Shown here piece by piece: positions 9,058-18,843 of a stretch of 64,000 nt of DNA (position 1 is the first letter of the stretch; each line of letters opens with the position of its first letter). The translations under genes and the position numbers were made by a program. This stretch comes from a virus (Duplodnaviria > Caudoviricetes): IMG/VR virus record IMGVR_UViG_3300031867_000003, positions 32,001-96,000 of that record; one strand, 5' to 3'. The notes below the pieces were generated by a model that searched no databases, had not been told where the DNA came from, and saw nothing but the letters and a program-made list of their open reading frames with translations.

Positions 9058-9348
9058 ATGAGTAGTGATAATATGACAGAAACAAAATACCGTTACAGAA
9101 TTCGCAAGCTTACGCCAAAGTGTTGTTGGCGTCTGATGGATATAGCCGGTCCAAATGATGAATACTTTAATCGGGCTGAACAAGTCAATTCGAATTCACA
9201 ATTGTACAAGCAGGCCGGCAACGGCATCGTCCGCTCAGTGCTGATGGGCATTTTCTCGCAGCTTGACATCGCCGGCATCCGCAAGTGGAATGACATGAGC
9301 GATGAAGAAATTAACCGTATGTTACATTATCAAGAAATTACCTCTTGA
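9058..9348 (+). CDS. C5 DNA methyltransferase, C-terminal part (motifs IX-X)
   Basis: RIRKLTPKCCWRLM (IX) and SQLYKQAGNGIV (X). Confidence 0.9.
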   Translation: MSSDNMTETKYRYRIRKLTPKCCWRLMDIAGPNDEYFNRAEQVNSNSQLYKQAGNGIVRSVLMGIFSQLDIAGIRKWNDMSDEEINRMLHYQEITS

Positions 9349-9410
9349 TTAATTATTAAATGTGTGGTAATGTATAGATAATCAATTAATTATTAAAGGA
9401 GGCATCCCAC

Positions 9411-9644
9411 ATGGCAGAACCCGGAACCCTAACCCAGGAGCATGTACTCCAGTGGACGAATACGATGATGGATTTGTACACGGACAGACGACTGATGACG
9501 TTCGGACTATTCCGAGATTTGTTTAACCACATCGAGTGGTACTACTGTAAGTATCCGGACGGTACAGTGGTGAAACTGTCGGGGAACGTCCACGTAGCTA
9601 TTGATGAGTTTAATAAGCGGTCGCCGAATAGTACCGCAATATAA
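9411..9644 (+). CDS. hypothetical protein
   Basis: SD AAGGAGG. Follows a promoter-like TTGATT-17-TAATGT at 9345-9373. Confidence 0.65.
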   Translation: MAEPGTLTQEHVLQWTNTMMDLYTDRRLMTFGLFRDLFNHIEWYYCKYPDGTVVKLSGNVHVAIDEFNKRSPNSTAI

Positions 9645-9657
9645 GGTGGTGATTATC

Positions 9658-10227
9658 ATTAGCAAATATAGCGGGAAATGCGATCTATACGATGTTCTTG
9701 TAGATATCCGTGAAATCACTGACTTCTCTAAAGTAAAAATATACTCGGCTAACAATTCTATTATCCCGTTACGAATTGATTCTCAGAAAGATTTAATGCC
9801 GTACTACCCATATATAGTCGCAATAAGCGTTGGGGATAGTGACGGCACTCAAATTATCCACTTGAGTGATAAATCTTACGTTGACACCGAAGAAGAAGAA
9901 CATCTCATCTGGGATCTTGATACTCTTAAGCGGTATTATCGCCGCCAGAAGCGCAAACATCAGCCGTTTGATAGCGATGAAGCGCTGAAGAAAATAAGTT
10001 TTTTTGACGACCCTGCCGAGTACAAGAAAGAACTTGTTAATCGTGTCATAGAACTCGGCGAAAAAGCTACCATAGAAGATATACATATCCCATTCATGGA
10101 TACCATGAGACAGCGACTTTATGAAGATATGGTTGCTGCTGGATGGAATGACGATAGAGCTTATGAGTGGTGCTTCGGCTGGAAGAGATTGTGGGATAGG
10201 ACGAAAAACACCTTGTCCAAAAGCTAG
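9658..10227 (+). CDS. hypothetical phage protein (start uncertain, likely ATT after AAGGTGGTGA)
   Basis: SKYSGKCDLYD N-terminus. Ends at TAG, so it may extend about 6 codons under code 15. Confidence 0.6.
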   Translation: MSKYSGKCDLYDVLVDIREITDFSKVKIYSANNSIIPLRIDSQKDLMPYYPYIVAISVGDSDGTQIIHLSDKSYVDTEEEEHLIWDLDTLKRYYRRQKRKHQPFDSDEALKKISFFDDPAEYKKELVNRVIELGEKATIEDIHIPFMDTMRQRLYEDMVAAGWNDDRAYEWCFGWKRLWDRTKNTLSKS

Positions 10228-10299
10228 GAAAACACTAGAAAATAAATTATTAAAAAATGCAATGAAAATTGAATTTTATTGGAAGATATTAGGCTTCCT

Positions 10300-10490
10300 A
10301 CCGGGCGAGGTATTATCCCACGCCCAATAATCACGGATATTCCGCGAGGGATATTTCGTGCGGGTTATTTTGGCCCCGAAAGCTGAGGGAGTATATTTTG
10401 ATGATGGGTTATACACCGTTACGATGTATTCCGGAGAAATATATTACCACTCGGCAAAACCGATGTAAATTTTATACAGTGCCGAATGTG
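10300..10490 (+). ncRNA. putative tracrRNA of the Cas12f-like system
   Basis: 5' hairpin GGGCG...CGCCC. Anti-repeat ACCGATGTAAATTTTATACA (10459-10478) pairs with the repeat, using G:U pairs and one bulge. Confidence 0.7.
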
Positions 10491-10496
10491 AATTTG

Positions 10497-11059
10497 AGGT
10501 TGTAGATGTGAGGATTTACATTGGTACAAAACCTTTGCCAATCGTTCTACGTCCGAATACTTGTTTTATAGATGTGAGGATTTACATTGGTACAAAATCT
10601 TAGCCATCAAAATCCCTCATTTGTAACTGTTTTGTAGATGTAAGGATTTACATTGGTACAAAACCTTATCTGGAAGATATGTCAGTGAAGGAAGTTTTGG
10701 AAATGTAAGGATTTACATAGGTACAAAACTTCAAGCCAGCTTGATTTAAGTTTACGCTTGTTTTGTAGATGTTAGAATTTATATTGGTACAAAACCCACC
10801 GGATCCGAACGATACTGATTGACATGTTTTGTAGGTGTAGGGATTTACATTGGTACAAAACTAGAGCCGACAAGGGGAATGCATAAGTTTCGTTTTGCAG
10901 GTGCAAGGATTTACATAGGTACAAAACCATAAAGACAAAGCCCGAAACGCCATCAACGTTTTGTAGGTGCAAGGATTTACATAGATACAAAAACTCGGCA
11001 GTTTCGAAGTTCTATAGACTTCTACTTTGGAAGTGTAAAGATTTATGTGGAGATATAAT
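10497..11059 (+). CRISPR. CRISPR array: 8 repeats plus 1 degenerate terminal repeat, 8 spacers of 29-30 nt
   Basis: Consensus GTTTTGTAGATGTAAGGATTTACATTGGTACAAAAC (36 nt) at 10497, 10563, 10629, 10694, 10760, 10826, 10892 and 10958. Degenerate copy at 11024. Confidence 0.95.
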
Positions 11060-11061
11060 AA

Positions 11062-12408
11062 ATGATTACGAGAAAAATTCAGTTATATCCTATTGGAGAT
11101 GAAAAAGAAGTTGATAGAGTATACACATATTTAAGAGATAGCATTAAATCGCAGAATAAAGCGATGAATCAATATATGTCTAATCTGTATGTGGAAGAAT
11201 TATTAAATGCGTCCAAAGAAGATCGAAAAGAATTAAATGCATTATATACTAGAATTCCGACCAGTAAAAAAGGAAGCGCTTATAGTCTGGATTTGGAATT
11301 CCAAAAAGGACAGATGCTTGGTTATATAACCAGAGCAATAGATTCAGATTTTAAAAAATCACTAAAAGACGGGTTGATGTATGGGAAAGTATCTCTCCCG
11401 GTTTACTCAAATAGCAATCCGTTATTAGTTCATGTGAATTATTGCAATTTGCGTAGTAAGGTTCAAAAACAAACAGGCACTAACACTGGTATTTACCACA
11501 ACTACGAATCTCATCAGGAGTTTTTATCTCATTTGTATAAAACAGATATAGAAATATATCTTCAGTTCTGCAATAATATTTTGTTTAAATTAAATCTCGG
11601 TGATAGCCTCAGAAAATCTCGCGAAATCCGTTCAGTAATACAGAAAATATTTGAGGAAGAATATATTATCCACGGTTCGCAGATCCAGTTAAAGAAGAGG
11701 AAAACTGGCAAGGGCGAAGATATATTCTTACTGCTATCAATCGAAACTCCGGTTGTTAAGCATGAACTTGATGAAAATATTGTTGTCGGCGTAGATCTCG
11801 GCGTGGCAAATCCGGCAGTATGTGCAGTAAACATTAACGGCAATTATAAATTCCTGGGCGACGGAGAAACATTCCTTCATTATAAACAAAAATCCAAAGC
11901 CGAAAGACGCAGACTTCAGAGAGCTCTAAAGTATACAAATGGCGGTCACGGAAGAACCAAAAAACTGAAAGCACTCGATAGATTGAAAGAACGTGAGAGC
12001 AACTTTACTACAACGTATTCTCATAAGCTCTCAAAAGATGTTGTAGATTTTGCCATTGAACAGCATGCCAAATACATCAACCTCGAGGATTTAACCGGAA
12101 TAGATGACAAAGATGGTAAAAAACTTCTCGATTGTTGGAAATACTACGAACTTCAGCAGTTTATTATCTACAAAGCTACTCATCATGGCATAGTAGTCCG
12201 CTTTATTAATCCAAAATATACATCTCAGACTTGTTCCAAGTGCGGAAATCATGCCGAGGGGCAGCGTGACGGTCATAGTTTTACATGTAAAGATTGTGGC
12301 GAAGAGCTTGATGCCGATCTTAATGCAGCCAGAAACATTGCTATGTCAACAAATTTTGTTGAAAGAGGCAAGAAGAAAAAGAAAAAGAATAAAACCGATA
12401 ATAAATAA
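11062..12408 (+). CDS. cas12f: Cas12f-like (TnpB-derived, type V-F/V-U3-like) RNA-guided nuclease
   Basis: 448 aa. RuvC GVDLG, NLEDL and DADLNAARNIA. Zn ribbon CSKC/CKDC and GGHGRTKKL motif. Directly follows the array. Confidence 0.82.
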   Translation: MITRKIQLYPIGDEKEVDRVYTYLRDSIKSQNKAMNQYMSNLYVEELLNASKEDRKELNALYTRIPTSKKGSAYSLDLEFQKGQMLGYITRAIDSDFKKSLKDGLMYGKVSLPVYSNSNPLLVHVNYCNLRSKVQKQTGTNTGIYHNYESHQEFLSHLYKTDIEIYLQFCNNILFKLNLGDSLRKSREIRSVIQKIFEEEYIIHGSQIQLKKRKTGKGEDIFLLLSIETPVVKHELDENIVVGVDLGVANPAVCAVNINGNYKFLGDGETFLHYKQKSKAERRRLQRALKYTNGGHGRTKKLKALDRLKERESNFTTTYSHKLSKDVVDFAIEQHAKYINLEDLTGIDDKDGKKLLDCWKYYELQQFIIYKATHHGIVVRFINPKYTSQTCSKCGNHAEGQRDGHSFTCKDCGEELDADLNAARNIAMSTNFVERGKKKKKKNKTDNK

Positions 12409-12570
12409 TATTTTGCCTGAGACGGCATTGTTACTACCGAAGAAATGAATTCGGTAGCTAATAACTGACCAATTAAGCGGTGGGTTGGGGTTAGCTCCGA
12501 AAGGTGATTATGTCCAAGGATGAAGTAACTACCGCATCTACTAAGAGATAAAATATAATAGTTGGAAGGA

Positions 12571-13668
12571 GTGATTACTATAGATATTGATGTTAGTGAA
12601 TTACGGGTGGGATAGGTTTATAGTTATAAAGAATTGTGTGAACTGATAGGTGCTGAGTATAAAAAAGGCGCTGGCAAAACTTATCAACTAGAAAAATTTG
12701 GAGAAACAGGATTTCAGAGATTTTTTAATTTTGAAAAAGTAGGACGAGGAAAGTATGAGGTTCTTGAAATCTATGATGAACCGCTCCCTATAGAAGATGA
12801 AAGACATAAAGGTAATAACAAAGTATACAAACATTACATAGAGCTGGTATTAATGAATTATCTGGCGAAGAAAGGTACTCACGTTGAAACATTTACTATG
12901 AGAGATCTGTGGCAGCTCCTCGGAATGATAAATGAAAAATATGGGAAAGTAGATAACGATAAACTACTTTCTATGAATAGCTGCATTACGTCATATGAAA
13001 TTAATAATTTCTATTTTAGGAGTGATAAAAAGTTACGTCAAATATTATTATCCGCACTTAAAAATTTGCGCAATAGAAGATTAATAGACTGGCAATTACA
13101 AACAGTTGTCTGTAAAGAGAAGAACGGCAAGGAAGAATGGTTTGTAGCTAATGATAGCGAAATAGAATTAATTCTTGATGCAGAATACGAGATACTTCAT
13201 CGAATGGGATTTACAAAAATGTTTCAGGTGATTTCTTCTTTTAAAACAAAAGAATTTTATACAGCCGTCGAGAATCTTTTATATAAGAAGAAAAAATGGA
13301 AAAATTATTATAAGCGATATAAAATTATATTCAACGCCAACAACATAAAAGAATCCGTTCCCGACGTCGAAGCAGAGCTAAAAAGAGCATTATTAAATGC
13401 AAAAATCATATTATACTTAAATAACGAAGCAGAAACGGCATATAATTCAAAACTAAAAGAATACAATGGCAATCTGGCGCATGAAGTTTACGTTCAAGGA
13501 AATATTATTGAAGCACTACATGCTTTCAAATATCCCGATGATTATGTAGTTGCTCAGAGGATGTTGTCAGATGAACTTATTAATACGCATGATTACTCGC
13601 CCGAAATTATTAATGAGTTACTTAATACAGAAGCGTCAGATAAAGAATTGGATATGATGTTTCCTTGA
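12571..13668 (+). CDS. putative DNA-binding or replication initiator protein with in-frame TAG (12613-12615)
   Basis: ELRVG(TAG)VYSYKELCELIG continues into the 344-aa ORF. Start uncertain (GTG 12571 or ATA 12580). Followed by an AT-rich inverted repeat. Confidence 0.55.
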
Positions 13669-13680
13669 TGGAGAATTTTT

Positions 13681-13745
13681 TTACACAATTTATAATTTCA
13701 TACTATATAATTCCTTAGTATAGTATACCGTTTTAAATTGTGTAA
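13681..13745. repeat. AT-rich inverted repeat, possible origin element
   Basis: TTACACAATTTA...TAAATTGTGTAA enclosing ATACTATA/TATAGTAT. A second hairpin lies at 13817-13846. Confidence 0.55.
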
Positions 13746-13892
13746 TCGGAATTATATTACTGTCTACCTCAACAAAGCATTGTTTCGGTAGAAAAAATCT
13801 TAATTTATTAACTAGCCCGCATCGGCAAATACTTTTGTCGGTGCGGAAAATATAAACTAATAACCATATATATTCCCAAAGGAGGACACCTT

Positions 13893-16489
13893 ATGTACGC
13901 AGAATGCATCAATCCACCAAATGAACTATTTACTAGCGGAGAATTATACCAGTATTCACAACCTGGCGAAGATTACGAAGTCTACGTAAGCGACTACTAT
14001 ACGTTGCTGTTATCTGATGAACAATTTGATTATTACTTCCGACAAGTATAAGGAGATTTTGCCATGGAACGATTATCTGGCGAATACAATCGCGGTTTTA
14101 CACAAGGGATTCTCGCAGTTCAGGGCGTACTCAAATACATACAGCCAGATTTATCCCATCACCACAAACGACTAACTCCAAAGTTGATAGATGAATTATT
14201 AAAATGTTGTATAGATAACCGTGAAAATCTGCGAGAGAGTGTTAATGGCTTCATTAGATATAATGGTACTACTAAATCATTTGAGTTTTATGAGCCGAAT
14301 ACAAGGAGGTAATCACTATGAATGAATCAAAATTTGCTGTAGGAGACAAGGTTGTCCTCGGCTACCGTAGGGTTTTAAATCCTGCTATCGGCATAGTCAT
14401 CAGAGTTACCGATAAGCGGAAGGATGTGATCGTAGATTTTGACGGATTCCAACAAACATTTGATTGCTATGGTCGCAGTAAATCCGTTGACATATGGTAC
14501 AGTAGCTACATTGAGTTACTTACCCCGGCTATGGAACAAGACATCGAGGATAACTTGGTAATCGCCAAGTGTAAAAAGATGATGAAAGATACCACATTGA
14601 TCAATGCCGATCAGGCAGCCAGAATAATTGCAATTCTTGAGGAGGAATCCAATGAACATTGATATTATTAATAATAATGGTAACACTACCGACAAAGAAC
14701 TCCCCGACATCTATCCCCTTACCATAGTTCGCGATCGATATAATGGTACGTATTCCGGTGGTTATTTTACCGCATGGAATCTTTATCCCTGGGGTATTCC
14801 GGAGGAAGTTTTTGGCGATGATAATTCATGTTGGAGTTATTTCAGAACTACTCGTGATATATATGGATGCGGAGCCACTCCGGATGAGGCAATTGCGAAT
14901 TTAGCAAAAAGATTAAAGGAGAATATAGATGATGAGTAAGGATAATCACAAAGTAACCGCCACTTGGTCTGGGAATTACCCGTGTTTATGCATCGGTACC
15001 TGGACACTGACTATTGACGGTGTCGATTATACTGACCATATACCCCGGGAAATTGTTAATGAACCGATGTACACCTTCGGCACTTATACTGAGTGGTACT
15101 TTGATGACGAATGGCAAGAGCAATTTAATGACTACGAAGACGGTTTATCCTCTGTCGATTGGATCGCCGCTAATGATGAATGGCTGAGTACGATAACCGA
15201 TGATTATAACCTCAAATCCCAGATTTACTTCGCATTTAATAAGAACGATTTCCGCTATGGTAGTTGTGGCGGTTGTATATGATGAGATGATTAAGGAGAA
15301 TTCTCTATGGTAAGAATTATTATTTGTGGTTCACGAGAGTTTAATGATTATGCCAAACTTTGCCGAGTAATGGATAATATCGGCATCCATGCTATTGCCA
15401 ATAACGATTATGTCGAAATTATCAGCGGTCATTGTCGGGGAGCAGATATCTGTGGCGAAAAATTTGCCACCACGTATGGCTATCCGCTCAAGGTGTTTAA
15501 AGCCGATTGGGAGACTTACGGTAAAGCTGCCGGACCGATCCGTAATCGCCAGATGGCCAAGTATGCCGCCCAGGCTGATGAGGGCGTTGTAGTTGCATTT
15601 CCGATTGGATCAAGCCGTGGAACTCGCCATATGGTAGACATTGCTAATCAGTATGGACTTGAGGTTTATGTAATTGAGGAGAACGATGATGTCGAAGCCG
15701 ATTGAAACAAGTGATAGCAAACCTAAATTTCTTTCATTAATAGACGAATTGGAAGAATCCGGCAAATTCCCAAGCTATGAACAGTTTTTGGAACTTTATG
15801 ATTGTGCTTATAATGAGGGATACAAGAGAGGGCACGATGATGGTTACAAGGTAGGGCTAGCCGTAGGAAAATATTCTAAGTGGCTGGAAGCACACGAAGA
15901 GGATAACCCTATGGACAATACGAAAAATCGCAACTGTCACTCGTGTAAGTATGATAATCAGTATAACGTACATTGGTCATGCTGCTTGTGTCGTGCCGGA
16001 AGTCAATGGGAGAGCGCCGATGAAGAACAGAATTAAACGATTTATTAAACAGTTGTTTTGTCACCATGAGTATCATATAATCCGTTGGCATTATACTCAT
16101 GGTCCGATAAATAATGATCCGCCGTTTATTGAAGGTCTCAAGATGTGTGCCGAATGCGGTAAAAGGAAGTATTTTTATTGTTCCCAAAGTAGTGAACTCG
16201 GAAAATATATTATGACTTGTCTGCAAGGACGACAGTGGTAAGGAGAATTAGTATGAAAATAAAGGTTAAAGATTTATTTGCGAATGTTCTATTACCGAAT
16301 GCTATTGTCCTATTACTCATTGAGGACGGCGGTTTTGTCGGTATATTTGAAGCAGGAAGTTATCCGGTACAATATGCGTGGTGGGAAGTAACCGGTGTAA
16401 CCAGCGATTACTTCGAAGGTGATGGACCGTTTGATGGATCGGTAGTTAAGGTATGGATTAAAGAATCTGATGATGATGAAGAAGGTTAA
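13893..16489 (+). other. cluster of small hypothetical ORFs (e.g. 14064, 14318, 14652, 14929, 16020, 16253)
   Basis: Tightly packed ORFs with SD sequences and overlaps. Confidence 0.65.
15307..15705 (+). CDS. SLOG-family (DUF2493/YspA-like) protein
   Basis: IICGSREF, ISGHCRGAD, GKAAGPIRNRQM and SRGT motifs. Confidence 0.85.
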   Translation: MVRIIICGSREFNDYAKLCRVMDNIGIHAIANNDYVEIISGHCRGADICGEKFATTYGYPLKVFKADWETYGKAAGPIRNRQMAKYAAQADEGVVVAFPIGSSRGTRHMVDIANQYGLEVYVIEENDDVEAD

Positions 16490-16501
16490 TGGATAATAAT
16501 C

Positions 16502-16711
16502 TCGGCGGTAGACAAGCACAGAGTTACGTTAGTAACCTCAAAGTCGAGAAGACAATGTTAGCCTCGGGAAAGGGACACAGGGGCGAGACACCCCAGAGGG
16601 CATAGACTAAAAATTGTATTTGCGAATACCCCTCGAACTATGGTGCAACCCGGAAGAGGATGCGTGTGATTGAGGAGTGGGGATAAACCGATCCGACTGC
16701 ACACCCGCCGA
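16502..16711 (+). ncRNA. candidate structured ncRNA
   Basis: GC-rich intergenic stretch closed by TCGGCGG/CCGCCGA, with an internal GGGG-N7-CCCC hairpin. Confidence 0.45.
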
Positions 16712-16739
16712 ACCAGATAAATATAAAAGGAGAAGAGAT

Positions 16740-17588
16740 ATGCCTATACATGATGAAATTGGAACAAGAATGAAAAAGTATTACGAAGAAATCCCCAAGA
16801 CAAGATTGATGAGGCGCTGTCCCGTGATTATTCGACTTGACATGCGCGCAGGACACTCATATACGAAGGGATTTAAAAGACCGTTTGATGATATATTCAT
16901 TAAATCAATGCAAGATACTGCGAAGTATTTATGCCAGAATGTACAAGGGGCGGTTATGAGCTATCAACAGAGTGATGAGATTAGCTTATTGCTTATTGAC
17001 TACCAAACACTTAATTCTCAGGCATTCTTTGATTACGAGGTACAGAAAGTTTGTAGCATTACTGCCTCGATGGCGACACTTGCGTTTAATGAAGCATTTG
17101 AAAAAAATGTGTATAATTTAATGCATAAAACAACTGAAAACAATCAAGATGACTCCGATGAGTATAAAGAAGCTCTTTTAAAGGCAATGACAAAAGGTGC
17201 GATGTTCGATAGTCGTTGCTTCAATCTGGTGAAGGAGGAATGCGCAAATTATTTTTATTGGCGTCAACTCGATGCTACTCGCAACAGCATCCAGATGGTA
17301 GGTCAGGCGAATTTCTCACACAAAGAACTCCAGGGTAAATCTTGCAATGCTATCCAAGATATGTTGCACGAGCAGCGCGGAATTAACTGGAATGATTTGC
17401 CAACTTATCAGAAGCGCGGCTCTTGTTGCATTAAGATTGAGGAACTTGCCGACGGAGCTATAAAAGAACTCGGCGATGGGTCGGGAGTTTATAATGAGGG
17501 TGACGTAATTCGTCGTAGATGGGTTATTGATAATGATATCCCGATTTTTACAGGCGACTGTCGCCAGTATATTGAACGATTTATTTGA
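16740..17588 (+). CDS. thg1: tRNA-His guanylyltransferase (Thg1/TLP-like)
   Basis: RMKKYYE, IIRLD, QSDEISL, FDSR and WRQLDATRNS motifs. Confidence 0.9.
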   Translation: MPIHDEIGTRMKKYYEEIPKTRLMRRCPVIIRLDMRAGHSYTKGFKRPFDDIFIKSMQDTAKYLCQNVQGAVMSYQQSDEISLLLIDYQTLNSQAFFDYEVQKVCSITASMATLAFNEAFEKNVYNLMHKTTENNQDDSDEYKEALLKAMTKGAMFDSRCFNLVKEECANYFYWRQLDATRNSIQMVGQANFSHKELQGKSCNAIQDMLHEQRGINWNDLPTYQKRGSCCIKIEELADGAIKELGDGSGVYNEGDVIRRRWVIDNDIPIFTGDCRQYIERFI

Positions 17589-17597
17589 GGATGTATT

Positions 17598-18140
17598 ATG
17601 ATTAGAGGATTATACAAATTCGCCGAGCGATGGTCAGAGTGTGGCTCGGTATACATTGTTTCGGATACACATTTTGACGATCCGGATCGGGAACTTATGG
17701 GGTATACGATATCTACACAAGACCATGTTGATGTTATCAAACGTACTGTTCATAAATCCGACACCCTCATTCATTTGGGGGACGTCGGTAATCCGGAATA
17801 TTTTAAATTGATCCGAGGATACAAAGTTCTGATTATGGGAAACCATGATGAATCAGCTACTCGATTTAAACCGTATTTTGATGAAATCTATGAGGGACCG
17901 GTGATAATAGGTCGCAAGTTGATTCTGTCCCATGAGCCGGTAGATGTCCCCTGGGCATTTAATATACACGGACACAACCATAATGCCGAGAGCATGTTTA
18001 GCCCATATCATCTAAACGTTGCGGCGAACGTCGCATCATACGATCCGGTGAACCTCGGTAAACTAATCAAAGATGGGTGGTTGGCTACGGTCGAAGATAT
18101 CCATCGCATAACTATTGATAATGCTATTAATAAAAAATAA
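17598..18140 (+). CDS. calcineurin-like metallophosphoesterase
   Basis: SDTH, HLGD, GNHD and HGHNH motifs. Confidence 0.88.
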   Translation: MIRGLYKFAERWSECGSVYIVSDTHFDDPDRELMGYTISTQDHVDVIKRTVHKSDTLIHLGDVGNPEYFKLIRGYKVLIMGNHDESATRFKPYFDEIYEGPVIIGRKLILSHEPVDVPWAFNIHGHNHNAESMFSPYHLNVAANVASYDPVNLGKLIKDGWLATVEDIHRITIDNAINKK

Positions 18141-18843
18141 GGAGGAAAAATGATATGACGATTTTAACAACTGCAATGGAGTTACTTGCAATTCAGGACG
18201 ATATTCTTAGACGAGAGAAAATTTATAGTATTGATTATGACATTATTATGTTTGAGCAGATCTGGGGAAGTACAGCTCTTGGATTTCCGGGAGTCGGCGG
18301 TAGTGCAATGACAGAAGCTACCACATATGTGCTGATTCCGAAGAAAGAGGCTGATTGCGCCCATGTATATTTTGGTTCGCAGTTCGCATACAAGGTTAAC
18401 GGTCTTACACAAACGTTTATGGATGATTTAAACAATCATTCTATGGCGAGCGTGATGGAAGCGAGCAGTCGATATGGTAGTTTAGAGAGTGAGGAGACTA
18501 CAGATGAAGATAGCGCTGACTGAAGAGCAATACGCCGAGTTGAGAAAAGATCATTATCTTGAAATAATTATTAACGAAGCTACTAAACAGAATTTGTATT
18601 TTGAATTTAATGATGCCGGTGCATTCAACTACGGCGAAATTAATCAAAAGGGTGTTCCGGGGTATCCGAGGGGATTTTATTTTGACGATGGGGATTTGAA
18701 AAAGATAATTCCCGCCAAACCCACCGACCCGTCTTGGTACCATAATGAACCTCTGTGCCCTAACTGTGGCGCATATATGTTGTATCATTATGAATGCTGT
18801 CCTAAATGCGGTCAGACGCTAGACTGGAGAGAGCGTGATTAAT

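Noticed and set aside
5831-9348. MTase fragmentation caused by TAG recoding or simple decay
   Set aside because: The breaks are TAA/TGA with frame changes at module boundaries, and new starts mostly have SD-like sequences. Decay cannot be fully excluded without homologs.
10772-10990. 72-aa minus-strand ORF with repeated LYLCKSLHLQN
   Set aside because: It is a translation of the CRISPR repeats.
10497-12408. Type II CRISPR-Cas9 locus
   Set aside because: No Cas9, Cas1, Cas2 or Csn2 is present in the window. The adjacent protein is a small RuvC-only nuclease.
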